NCBI GenBank assembly: GCA_963743635.1
Contig: CAVUQO010000002.1
Coordinates: 256,001-320,000, forward strand
Direction: 5' to 3'
Source of the DNA: Candidatus Babeliales bacterium
GTDB lineage: Bacteria; Babelota; Babeliae; Babelales; Vermiphilaceae
Length of the DNA: 64,000 nucleotides
Shown: positions 54,521-63,773 of the stretch, one piece after another
Numbering within the stretch: the first letter of the stretch is position 1
Layout of the letters: each line of letters begins with the position of its first letter
Position numbers and translations under genes: made by a program
Notes under the pieces: model-generated
What the model was told of the DNA's origin: nothing
The model's input: the letters and a program-made list of their open reading frames with translations, nothing else
The model's database searches: none

Positions 54521-54954
54521 GAGTTTATCTCAGCTTTACTGAGCTCTTCAGCTATTTTAATCATTGCCGCCATTTCAATAGGAATTTTCTTTTTTATGTC
54601 TTGACCAATCAAGAATACCCAAATGAATGCAAGAGGTCCACGTATCTCAGTCTGAAAAGTGACAATCGTTTTGCTGTCTCTTTCAATTAAAAAGTGTGAC
54701 ATAATAATGCGCGCAAGAGGAACTTTAGCCTCTTGAACAAACACTGTCATGGGCTCTACTCTGGTGAGTTTCGTTTGCAAAACCGGACCATCTTTAGGTT
54801 TAAGCTCCCCGGTTGTTCCCGTTGCGAACGGCCCATTAATTGAGCTGCGTTCAGTGCCGTGATCCCACATTGGCCAGTTACTGACATCACTCAAAACTTT
54901 CCAGATTGCCCAAGCAGGTACAGTAGTTTGCACTGAGTGTTTGGTGATAAGCAT
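54517..54954 (-). CDS. SRPBCC/polyketide cyclase family protein
   Basis: IWKVLSDVSNWPMWD, GPFATG, GPLAFIW. Confidence 0.85.
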   Translation of the reverse strand: MLITKHSVQTTVPAWAIWKVLSDVSNWPMWDHGTERSSINGPFATGTTGELKPKDGPVLQTKLTRVEPMTVFVQEAKVPLARIIMSHFLIERDSKTIVTFQTEIRGPLAFIWVFLIGQDIKKKIPIEMAAMIKIAEELSKAEINS

Positions 54955-54972
54955 AAATCCTCCAACTATTTT

Positions 54973-55017
54973 AAAACAATATATGTATGTATATAGTATG
55001 CATGCATATATTGTTTT
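54973..55017 (-). promoter_or_regulatory. Long inverted repeat, probable MarR operator
   Basis: AAAACAATATATGTATGTATA-TAG-TATGCATGCATATATTGTTTT just upstream of the SRPBCC-marR operon. Confidence 0.6.
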
Positions 55018-55125
55018 GTCAAAACAAAGGAGGAGTTGGAGTTACTGAAAGGCCTTTCTGGGGACTATTCTGATACATCATCGGCGCGGAATCATCCACA
55101 AGCCGAATCTTAATCCGTTTGGCTA

Positions 55126-56454
55126 TTATGAACAGAATGAGGTTACCATGGTACTGACTGGATCTGAAACATTACCATATGCGTCGGTTGCTACAATGCT
55201 GTAGGTGTGGAGAATGTTTGGATTGCAGTTATGAACCATGTATTGCAAAGGATTGCTTGCAGGAATAGTAGCAATCGGTTCATTCGACGAAGAAATAGTA
55301 TAGGATACTGGCGGATTACCGGTTGTTGGTGCTGTCCAGGCAAGATTATTAATATAATCCGTTTGCGTCAGGAATCTATTTTGTGTTTTGCACCCCTGAA
55401 ATGCGGTAGGGGGAAACACGGAAGTAATACTCATAATACTCACGGTATTGCCTTGCGTATTGGCGATATATCCCGTTCTGCCATTTGGCATAATTGAAAT
55501 GCCACCCGACCCATCAAGTGTTGCCAGAGGATCAGATACCGTTGCGGGTACTCCTACCGTATCGTTGATTGCATCGATGATAATAACGGTGTTGGAAGTC
55601 CCTTGCCCAGCGTATGCCGTAGTGCCATCAGGGGTGAAGGCAATGCCAGTGCAAAGACTAAAAGGGCCATTGGTAATAACAGACGTTACGCTATCATCAG
55701 CAGTAGAAACGACCTGAACGCCTACGCCATTGAGACTGCTTACGTATGCTTTGGTGCCATCGGGAGATAGAGCGATAGCATATGGTGCGCTAAAAGCAGT
55801 CATGGTATTAGTAACATAATGCGTAGCGCGGAGAGAAGGGACGTCGATAACGGAGACACTGTTGTTGGTTTGATTGACGACGTATGCTTTTTGCTCATTG
55901 ATGAAAGCAAGTTGTTGAGGAGTGTCAAATGGTGCGTCAGTACCATCTATCAATCTCACGAATGTATCATTGATTGCATCAATAACGCCAACAACGCTAC
56001 TGCCGGTGTAGGAAACGAATGCTTGCGTGCCATCCGGAGAAAAAGCGATGTATAGTGGGTACAGGTAGTATGGCTCAGTGATGTTCATTATGGCAGTCGC
56101 AGGATTTTGGGTAAGATCAACAACCGTCACAGAATTACTAGTATTTCCCACATATGCTTTGCGTCCATCAGGAGCAATGGCCATTCCGACCGGTTGAGAA
56201 ATATAACTATATGGATCATATACAACACCCACTACCACCGCAGGATTTTGTGTAAGATCAACAATACTCACTCCACCACTGTTATTAGTAACGTATGCGG
56301 TAGTTGCATCAGGAGCAATAACAAAAACGTAGGGCGTCTCGATGGTGGCTTGGCTATCAATGACGGTACCCGTAATAATGCTCTGAGGAGTAACGCCATA
56401 GAGCGTTGATATGACCATACAAGATAGTAGTAACGATATGATTTTTTTATACAT
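55126..56454 (-). CDS. Secreted YVTN/YncE beta-propeller protein with C-terminal FN3-like domain
   Basis: Repeated PDG..AYV(TN)..NSVSVID blades; LAWTAP..YTI..YSIVATDAYGNVS. Confidence 0.85.
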   Translation of the reverse strand: MYKKIISLLLSCMVISTLYGVTPQSIITGTVIDSQATIETPYVFVIAPDATTAYVTNNSGGVSIVDLTQNPAVVVGVVYDPYSYISQPVGMAIAPDGRKAYVGNTSNSVTVVDLTQNPATAIMNITEPYYLYPLYIAFSPDGTQAFVSYTGSSVVGVIDAINDTFVRLIDGTDAPFDTPQQLAFINEQKAYVVNQTNNSVSVIDVPSLRATHYVTNTMTAFSAPYAIALSPDGTKAYVSSLNGVGVQVVSTADDSVTSVITNGPFSLCTGIAFTPDGTTAYAGQGTSNTVIIIDAINDTVGVPATVSDPLATLDGSGGISIMPNGRTGYIANTQGNTVSIMSITSVFPPTAFQGCKTQNRFLTQTDYINNLAWTAPTTGNPPVSYTISSSNEPIATIPASNPLQYMVHNCNPNILHTYSIVATDAYGNVSDPVSTMVTSFCS

Positions 56455-56540
56455 GAGAGATATTCCTTTTTAAGATGGGGATATCATATGTTTACTACAT
56501 CTGGTGACGGAGTAGCAAGCTTTTTAAGTGATGGCGGAAC

Positions 56541-56948
56541 TTAGATCAGAGCTTGCAGCAATGCTACAATTGGTAAATCGGCTTCTGGCATATCGTATTG
56601 AGAGAGTTCAGCGGGAAATACCCATGCCATCGCAGAATGTTCGCATAGAGTTATTTCGCCTTCGAATGAGGTCACTTTAAAGACGCACATATCAAAGAGA
56701 GCGTCCTTATGTTGAAAGGTACTGGTGCAGAGATAGTCGCCAACTTCTGCATGGATGCCCAACTCTTCAAAGAGCTCGCGTTTGAGGCATTCTTCTAACG
56801 TTTCACCAGCTTCAACTTTACCGCCGGGAAACTCCCATTTTCCGAAATTACATCCCCTGTCTGCGCGCTGAGCAATGAACATTTTGCCATCACGTTCTAT
56901 AACAGCGGCAGCTATGAATTTTTTTGGAGAAGTTTGATTATTGTGCAT
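56541..56948 (-). CDS. MutT-like NUDIX hydrolase
   Basis: GKWEFPGGKVEAGETLEECLKRELFEELG. Confidence 0.9.
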   Translation of the reverse strand: MHNNQTSPKKFIAAAVIERDGKMFIAQRADRGCNFGKWEFPGGKVEAGETLEECLKRELFEELGIHAEVGDYLCTSTFQHKDALFDMCVFKVTSFEGEITLCEHSAMAWVFPAELSQYDMPEADLPIVALLQALI

Positions 56949-57017
56949 GATTAAGCCTCTTTTGATATTTATATTCAGTATATCAGGTTGTAAAAGAGGA
57001 CGCCACGGGGGTAGGGA

Positions 57018-57944
57018 TTATTGAATATACTGAGCAATTAATGCTGGAGCATCCAATAAAATCGATAGGTGCGCAGCATTTTCGACGATCTGTGCTTGCA
57101 CGGGTGCATGAATCAGATCTTTATACGCAATTACTTTTTCTGGGATGAATTGTTCATCCTGGGCACCGATGAAAAGTCCAACCGGCTTATTGATCTTCTG
57201 CAATAAGGGAGTGATGTCATACGGCGTTGTAGCGCACGACATGGCAAAGGTGTAAAAGGGGAGTATTAAAGGATCTGCTTGTAGCAAGACGTCTGAATAA
57301 TTGAAGAATAATGCTTTGTAATGAATGAACCATGAGTTGGGAAACATCATACCAAGCATATAAACCCATGGGCGTACACTTTTGATAAAGTGTTGATCAG
57401 CATGTTCGTGTGTTTTTGCGGTGCCCGATTGTGGCCCGAGATAGGGCGCCAAGAAAATATAACCATCTTCCAGGGTCTGAGTGTTGTTTGCAGCGTAATT
57501 AATAATGAGTCCCGCGCCCGATGAATGCCCGACTAAATAGAGCTTTGCATCGACCTGTTCATTTTTCACAAAACCGACTGCCTGAGCAACATCATCCCAT
57601 ACTTGATTGATTGATGCTGCATCACCACGTTCTCCCTCGGAATGGCCGTGCCCACGAATATCAAAAACATAACATCCAATGTTGTATTGCTCATTCAATG
57701 TTTTAGCGACCCATTGATATGTTTTGTTGCCGTATAATCCAGCGCCAGCATAGAGGATGGTGATCGCACGGTTATCATCATTGACGAAAGGGTAATAGGC
57801 AAGCTGAACGCCATCGGATGCGGTGAGAAATTGAGGTTTGGTGAGGGTGAAATCTTGGATTGCATCGATTTCTTTGAATGAGAAAGGTTCGTGTGCGTTC
57901 ATAAGGAAACTCCAGCTCAGAATGAGCAAAAAATAATGTTTCAT
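57018..57944 (-). CDS. Secreted alpha/beta hydrolase (lysophospholipase-like)
   Basis: Signal peptide; DIRGHGHSEG, GHSSGAG, QDE, AAH. Confidence 0.85.
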   Translation of the reverse strand: MKHYFLLILSWSFLMNAHEPFSFKEIDAIQDFTLTKPQFLTASDGVQLAYYPFVNDDNRAITILYAGAGLYGNKTYQWVAKTLNEQYNIGCYVFDIRGHGHSEGERGDAASINQVWDDVAQAVGFVKNEQVDAKLYLVGHSSGAGLIINYAANNTQTLEDGYIFLAPYLGPQSGTAKTHEHADQHFIKSVRPWVYMLGMMFPNSWFIHYKALFFNYSDVLLQADPLILPFYTFAMSCATTPYDITPLLQKINKPVGLFIGAQDEQFIPEKVIAYKDLIHAPVQAQIVENAAHLSILLDAPALIAQYIQ

Positions 57945-57950
57945 ACAGGA

Positions 57951-58580
57951 TCAGGCTTCGATCTTGATGCGTTCGGCGATTGCCATTAACACGCGCCGAG
58001 CACGATGTGCATTTTGTGCTTGGGCTGTTTTCCATGCGGCCATCATTTCATCTTTTGACGCAGTAGGATGGGTGATCTGCATTTCTTGCATGAAATTAAT
58101 GTAGCGCCACTCTTTTTTCGGATCTTCTGGCGTTTTTTTACGCCGTTCATATTCCGCAACCCAATAATCGGCAAATTCTTGATAAGTTGGGGGTTTGCCT
58201 GCCATCCAACGATCATTGATCCAATCAATGCCAAAGGCGGTGTAATGAAAATAAGGGCCAATTAATGTTTTAAAAAATGTTCTGGTTGCCGCGTCATTCT
58301 TATACAATCCATAGAGCATGAGCGCATTTGGATGTAATGTTGCAGGATGTCCGCGGCGAAGGGTTGCGCGTGATTGAGCAGGAATCGTAGGTAATGTCAT
58401 GGTCTTACCCGTGCGAATGAAGAGCATAATTTTTTCTATGAGTTCAGCCTTTTTTCCCGCTTCAGGAAGACCAAGAATACGGCATGCATCGTGCAATTCA
58501 GCCATCTTCATAAAGTGCATTGCATCACTGAGTGATGCTTGTTCTTGCTCTGTTAATAAGGGATAGGAAATGGTCTTCAC
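57951..58580 (-). CDS. SAP-like domain hypothetical protein
   Basis: MKMAELHDACRILGLPEAGKKAELIEKI SAP-like motif; PTYQEFADYW. Confidence 0.65.
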   Translation of the reverse strand: MKTISYPLLTEQEQASLSDAMHFMKMAELHDACRILGLPEAGKKAELIEKIMLFIRTGKTMTLPTIPAQSRATLRRGHPATLHPNALMLYGLYKNDAATRTFFKTLIGPYFHYTAFGIDWINDRWMAGKPPTYQEFADYWVAEYERRKKTPEDPKKEWRYINFMQEMQITHPTASKDEMMAAWKTAQAQNAHRARRVLMAIAERIKIEA

Positions 58581-58596
58581 GCTAATCCGATCTACT

Positions 58597-59565
58597 TCAA
58601 ATTTTTTTACACTCTATTGCACACATAAGATTGCCCAAGGGGCGAATGGAAACAATTTCTAGTCCAGCGGCTGTGATAAGCATTTCAAAGTCTGCCCTTG
58701 TTCTTTCACGCCCCTGGAAAATAGTCAGCAATGCAAGATCAATAGCAGCCAAAAGCTTTTTGTCTTCAGAGTAATCAAGAATGCCGTCGATAATATACAA
58801 GCTTGAATCTTCTTGCATCGCGTTACTGACATTGTTGAGAATTTTTAACGATTCTGCATCATCCCAATCATGCAAGACTCTTTTGAGAATGAAAATATCA
58901 GCGGTGCACGCAATAGGCTCAAAAAAACTACCAGCTTTTTTAGTGCAGATCGGATCTAAATTATCAGCTTGTGCCACCACTTCGGGAAGATCGAATAAAA
59001 TACCCTCGGTAAGAGTATGAGTGCGAGCAATGTTATTAATGAGTTGTCCAGTGCCACCGCCAATATCAATGACTCTGTTTTTGAAAGAGATCGTTTTTGC
59101 AATCATTGCATCTTCTTGCGCAGAAATGATGGTCATTGCATCATTAAAGCGTGCACTTAAAAGCGGATGTTGTTTTAAATGCTTAAAATAGTCAGTTCCA
59201 TAGAGCTTATCAAATGAGGCTTTTCCGGTAGCAATGGAATACCCTAAATGACCAAAACAGTTCCACCGGGTTTCATCATCATGCAATAAAAAAGGTTTTA
59301 TAGTATGGGGATCGTCAGTGCGCATGGTTTGGGAAAAATCAGTCAGGCAGTAGCGCTGATCCTCTTGTTTTTTGAACACATCATTGAGTTCTAAAAAGTA
59401 TAATAAACGCTTTAATGATGACGCTTCAGTATGCGTTACGATCGCGATTTCATCTGCGGTCATCGCTTTTAATGCGAGATGCTCAGCAATATTAAGATCG
59501 GCTGCAACGAACAATGCGCGTGCAAGAATGATGCTTTCAAGTAATGCATTAATAGAAATTGCCAT
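58597..59565 (-). CDS. SAM-dependent O-methyltransferase (class II, with dimerisation domain)
   Basis: VIDIGGGTG, LFDLPEVV, GSFF, KRVLHDWDD, GRERT. Confidence 0.92.
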   Translation of the reverse strand: MAISINALLESIILARALFVAADLNIAEHLALKAMTADEIAIVTHTEASSLKRLLYFLELNDVFKKQEDQRYCLTDFSQTMRTDDPHTIKPFLLHDDETRWNCFGHLGYSIATGKASFDKLYGTDYFKHLKQHPLLSARFNDAMTIISAQEDAMIAKTISFKNRVIDIGGGTGQLINNIARTHTLTEGILFDLPEVVAQADNLDPICTKKAGSFFEPIACTADIFILKRVLHDWDDAESLKILNNVSNAMQEDSSLYIIDGILDYSEDKKLLAAIDLALLTIFQGRERTRADFEMLITAAGLEIVSIRPLGNLMCAIECKKI

Positions 59566-59677
59566 AGGTGCGCCTTTTGATTAAGCAAATGTAAGGAAAT
59601 ATGTGTGTTATATCATGAATGTTTCGTTTGATATGTATTCCAAGTATAACAGGAAGTAAAAGAGGGCGCTATTGGTG

Positions 59678-59864
59678 TTAGACTGTTGGCTCAGTGACGA
59701 ATTCAAGAATTTTATGCTGCAGCTTTTTCAATTCCTCTGGATGATCTAAGAGCCAAAGGTCAATTTTGTGCGGGCATTCAGGAATGGTATATATTTCTTT
59801 TTTGCGGGTGTTTGGTGTATGCCGAGAAAAATGTTCTTTGCTGTTACATGAGTATGATTTACAC
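59678..59864 (-). pseudogene. Start-less 3' gene remnant (hydrolase-like C-terminus)
   Basis: Open frame ...KKEIYTIPECPHKIDLWLLDHPEELKKLQHKILEFVTEPTV* with no in-frame ATG. Confidence 0.45.
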
Positions 59865-59951
59865 TATCAGTGTAACGAAATGCAGATTAAAATGTTAAGT
59901 ATCTTTTCACGTTAAAGTAATTTAATATTCCGAAGTATCAAGGAAACCGAT

Positions 59952-60968
59952 ATGATCAAAAAAACTCTCAGTTTCATTTTTTTATGCTCAGCAATGGTCA
60001 TTCATGCATCAGGCGTGAATGAGATTACGCCATATAAGTTTAAGAATCCACTGAAAGAGCCAGCCTATGATATTCCTCCATCATCACGATTTACGATCCC
60101 GCGTACAGATCTAGATGCTGCAGACATCGTTTATTATCTCAGCAAGCCTCCGGTTAATAATTACCCTATAGCTGTTCTATGCGGCGGATCATCGCATAAA
60201 GATGCCATTTTCAGCATCATGCTTTTTCATCGTTATTTGTTACAAGAATTTAAGGATTTGGGCATTGCCGTGTTAACGGTGGAGCAGTGGGGCGTTGATG
60301 GCAACATCATCGATGCAGATGCATTCATGGAGCATTACACGCGTTCACAACGGCTCAAAGATCACCAATCGGTGATCGAATATTTGAAATCAAATCCGCC
60401 GGCTGGATGGAATGGCAAGCTTATTTTCTTCGGAGTGTCTGAGGGCGGACCTTTGGTGACAAGTCTTACCACTGAGTATTCAAACATAACGAGTGCGACC
60501 ATCAATTGGGTTGGTGCGGGAGATTGGTCTTGGCGCGATGAACTCTGGGAATTTATTGTAATGATGAGAAAAGATGCGCCCTGGTGGATAAAATTATGGG
60601 ATTTGATGCCGCGATGGGTGCCGTTTGCCTTCGATCTTCCGAAAACAAGAAGTGAATATGATTTAATTATGGATGCTACGCTTGAGGATCCCTGTGTGGA
60701 AAAGGAATTTATGGGCATGACGTATCGATACCATGCTGATGCGCTTACCTATCCATTGCCAGAATATGACAACATTCGTACACCATTTTTGGTAGTTGCA
60801 GGTGTACGAGACTCGATTATTCAATCGTGTGATGCATTCATTGAAAAAGCCCGTGCTGTTAGTGTGCCCATTACTTATATGCGTATTTCTGATATGGACC
60901 ATTATGTGATCAAACGACCGGTTATCGTTCAACAATCATTTGAATGGCTGGCTGAGCATATAGATTGA
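59952..60968 (+). CDS. Secreted alpha/beta hydrolase (S9 peptidase-like)
   Basis: AAGGA SD; signal peptide; GVSEGG, GVRDS, DMDH. Confidence 0.8.
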   Translation: MIKKTLSFIFLCSAMVIHASGVNEITPYKFKNPLKEPAYDIPPSSRFTIPRTDLDAADIVYYLSKPPVNNYPIAVLCGGSSHKDAIFSIMLFHRYLLQEFKDLGIAVLTVEQWGVDGNIIDADAFMEHYTRSQRLKDHQSVIEYLKSNPPAGWNGKLIFFGVSEGGPLVTSLTTEYSNITSATINWVGAGDWSWRDELWEFIVMMRKDAPWWIKLWDLMPRWVPFAFDLPKTRSEYDLIMDATLEDPCVEKEFMGMTYRYHADALTYPLPEYDNIRTPFLVVAGVRDSIIQSCDAFIEKARAVSVPITYMRISDMDHYVIKRPVIVQQSFEWLAEHID

Positions 60969-61044
60969 GATTTTTCTGGGAAAAACCGTAAACTAAGGTA
61001 TTAAAAACTCATTGTGATACTGCTTTACTCAAGGTGAAAAAGCT

Positions 61045-61461
61045 ATGAATAAAAAAGAATACTTCCTCACGGGGGCAATATTTACGCTCATGTTTATATT
61101 ATTTGTGATGTTGTTTGGGATTATCCTCAATGTGATCGGATATAGTGATGTAAACGTTACCTCATGGCGCTATTGGGTCGGCATGATGGCCTGTTTTATG
61201 CCGATGGCAGTTCCCGTATTTCTGAACCGTAATAATATTTCGTTAACGAGTATTCTAGGCCGCATGATTTATTTTTATGTCACCGGCATTTCATACCTCA
61301 TGATTTACACCTTTATCGGTAAGCAATCGATAGATCTTTGGCAGGTCTTTATTTGGGTAGTGGTTTTCAGCATTCTCTATCCTTGTTTAATGTGGATTAT
61401 GCAGCACCCATGGACTCAAGGGCGCATACAATCTATAAAAAACTATTTTTCCAGAAAGTGA
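61045..61461 (+). CDS. Four-TM membrane protein
   Basis: Four hydrophobic segments; AAGGTG SD. Confidence 0.7.
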   Translation: MNKKEYFLTGAIFTLMFILFVMLFGIILNVIGYSDVNVTSWRYWVGMMACFMPMAVPVFLNRNNISLTSILGRMIYFYVTGISYLMIYTFIGKQSIDLWQVFIWVVVFSILYPCLMWIMQHPWTQGRIQSIKNYFSRK

Positions 61462-61513
61462 CCCATGATGCATAACACGCTGTTGCTCTTGCGGTATCTT
61501 ATTTTTATGAACC

Positions 61514-61627
61514 CTGAAAGCGGGCTGTACGCAGGCACTCTTGCTTGCATCAGCAGTAGGCAAGCCGCTCTATGAACGTATGGGATTTAAAGAATACGCA
61601 GTCTACAAGATATATGCTAACGGTTAA
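61514..61627 (+). pseudogene. 3' remnant of a GNAT acetyltransferase
   Basis: KAGCTQALLLASAVGKPLYERMGFKEYAVYKIYANG* (GNAT motif B LYxxxGF) with no start. Confidence 0.7.
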
Positions 61628-61647
61628 TATTAAAAATAAGGGTTTTC

Positions 61648-62193
61648 ATGAAACGCGATTTATTAATGCAGCAGCTCCTGCGCTATACCCCATCTCCTGC
61701 AGAAGAAACATTTAAAAGCATCATGCTTGATTTTTTGTCAACGAGCGAAGATGTTTTTGAACGATCACATTGTTGCGGACATATTACGGCATCATGCTGG
61801 CTACTGAGCAAAGATCGCTCGCACGCGCTCATGATGCATCATAAAAAACTTGATCAATGGTTTCAATTGGGAGGTCATTGTGATGGAGATCCTGATACGC
61901 GTAAGGTAGCGATTAAAGAGGCGCAAGAGGAATCAGGTATTAATGATATTATAGCCATCTCTCCTGACATATTTGATATCGATATTCATTGGATTCCTTC
62001 CAACAAAAAAGAAGCAGGGCATTATCATTATGATGTACGTTATCTTCTAGGCGTAACCTCGGATGAGCAGATCATTCAGAATCCTGAATCAAAAGAATTG
62101 CGCTGGATATCAATGGAAGGAGAACTTCCTACTCATAATGCATCGGTGCTGCGTATGTTCAATAAATGCAAACACTCTATGCGCAATGCCTAG
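61648..62193 (+). CDS. NUDIX hydrolase
   Basis: GHITASCW, WFQLGGHCDGD..AIKEAQEESG, HYDVRY. Confidence 0.9.
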   Translation: MKRDLLMQQLLRYTPSPAEETFKSIMLDFLSTSEDVFERSHCCGHITASCWLLSKDRSHALMMHHKKLDQWFQLGGHCDGDPDTRKVAIKEAQEESGINDIIAISPDIFDIDIHWIPSNKKEAGHYHYDVRYLLGVTSDEQIIQNPESKELRWISMEGELPTHNASVLRMFNKCKHSMRNA

Positions 62194-62349
62194 TCATGAA
62201 TGGAAGACCTAAGCAAAAAAGATGGTCACCGCGCTTATTCTACCCTCATCCTTAGATTCTTTTTAAGATCATCGCACATCAACTATAGATCCAGCGCTGG
62301 AATTATGTAAGGTTATAACGGAAATGAAGATCTATAAAAAGGAGCGGGT

Positions 62350-63681
62350 ATGAATCGTTATTGCCGTATCATCATATGGTTATTAGTGTTGAGTGGTGGT
62401 CAGTTCTTATCGGGTGATGATCAGATACTCATCGATAATCTCACGCGGTATGTTCCCGTTCCAGAGATTATTGCGCAAGCGCTGACCAGTCTCATAAATC
62501 CTGTGCATGAGAGTGCAGATTTTACGTTGTCATCCAAAGAGCAAGACTGGCCTTTATATCGCGCGTATCCCGATCTGATGGAAACGTTGCCGCGCGTTGT
62601 GCTGTGCGAGTTGCCAACGCCAGTTACGCATCTTGAAGCGTGTGGTGAACAGTTGGGCATAAGCCTGTGCATGAAGCGGGATGATCTGACCGGCACTAAG
62701 AATCATTTTGGCGGTAACAAACCGCGCAAATTAGAAACGATTTTGGCAGATGCAAAACGTCATAACGTGGATACCGTAATTACCTTTGGCTGCATTGGAT
62801 CCAATCATGCAGTCGCCACCGCTGACTGTGCGGAGCGATTGGGGCTCAATTGCATTCTCATGTTAAAGCCGCAAACAATATCGCGCGTTGTCAGAAGAAA
62901 CTTGCTGCTCATGGATTATTTCGGTGCAGATATACGCTTTTCACCGACGCATGCATTGCGCGATTTGGACGTTGCCAATATCTTTTTACATCAGCGTTTA
63001 GATTCTGGTGCATTTCCCTATGTGATCCCGACGGGCGCTGAAACGGCGTTAGGCGCCGTTGGTTACGTCAATGCCGCGTTCGAATTAAAAGAACAAATTG
63101 ATGCAGATGAATTGTCAGAGCCCGATTATATCTACCTCGCGGCCGGCGGTTATGGTCATCCAACTGGTTTACTGGGCGCTACGATTGCCGGACTTGTGGT
63201 GGGGTTAAAAGCAGCAGGGCTCAAGACTAAGGTAGTCGGCGTATTTACGCAGCCGGAAAAAAAGAAAACGATCGAGAAACTGTTATTGCAACAATGTACT
63301 GAAACGGTTGCGTTGCTCCATGATGCTGATTCTGCATTTCCTGCATTACGCATTACCCCTACTGATTTCATTATCATCGATGATTGCGTCGGCGAACGAT
63401 ACGGCGTATACACGTCCGAGGGCGTTGCAGCGATGAAGTTGGTCAAAGAAACCGAAGGTATTCACCTCGATGGAACGTATACCGGTAAAGCATTTGCCGC
63501 ACTCATACGCGATGCGCGTGCAGGGAAATTAAAAGCTAAGAATGTATTATTCTGGAATACGTTTTGCGGTAATGATTTCAAACGTGTGCTGAAACGCCGC
63601 TCTTATGAGGCATTGCCATATGCATTGCATGCATACTTTGAAGGCGCTACGCAGCCATTAGATGGGGACCCTTCGCTTTAA
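62350..63681 (+). CDS. PLP-dependent D-cysteine desulfhydrase/ACC deaminase family protein with signal-like leader
   Basis: PTPV, KRDDL, GGNKPRKLE, GSNHAVATA, LGAVGYV, LDGTYTGKA. Confidence 0.88.
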   Translation: MNRYCRIIIWLLVLSGGQFLSGDDQILIDNLTRYVPVPEIIAQALTSLINPVHESADFTLSSKEQDWPLYRAYPDLMETLPRVVLCELPTPVTHLEACGEQLGISLCMKRDDLTGTKNHFGGNKPRKLETILADAKRHNVDTVITFGCIGSNHAVATADCAERLGLNCILMLKPQTISRVVRRNLLLMDYFGADIRFSPTHALRDLDVANIFLHQRLDSGAFPYVIPTGAETALGAVGYVNAAFELKEQIDADELSEPDYIYLAAGGYGHPTGLLGATIAGLVVGLKAAGLKTKVVGVFTQPEKKKTIEKLLLQQCTETVALLHDADSAFPALRITPTDFIIIDDCVGERYGVYTSEGVAAMKLVKETEGIHLDGTYTGKAFAALIRDARAGKLKAKNVLFWNTFCGNDFKRVLKRRSYEALPYALHAYFEGATQPLDGDPSL

Positions 63682-63773
63682 CTCCCTACTACGCTAAAGC
63701 TTCGAAGGGCAGGCGGGGCAGTCGGGCTGGGGGATTTTTCTTTTGTTAACCGGCAATCAATTTCATCAAAAAA

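Noticed and set aside
47441..55117. CRISPR array or classical integron
   Set aside because: Repeats are kilobases apart, show coding-type divergence, lack clear RYYYAAC/GTTRRRY attC ends, and no cas or intI gene is in the window.
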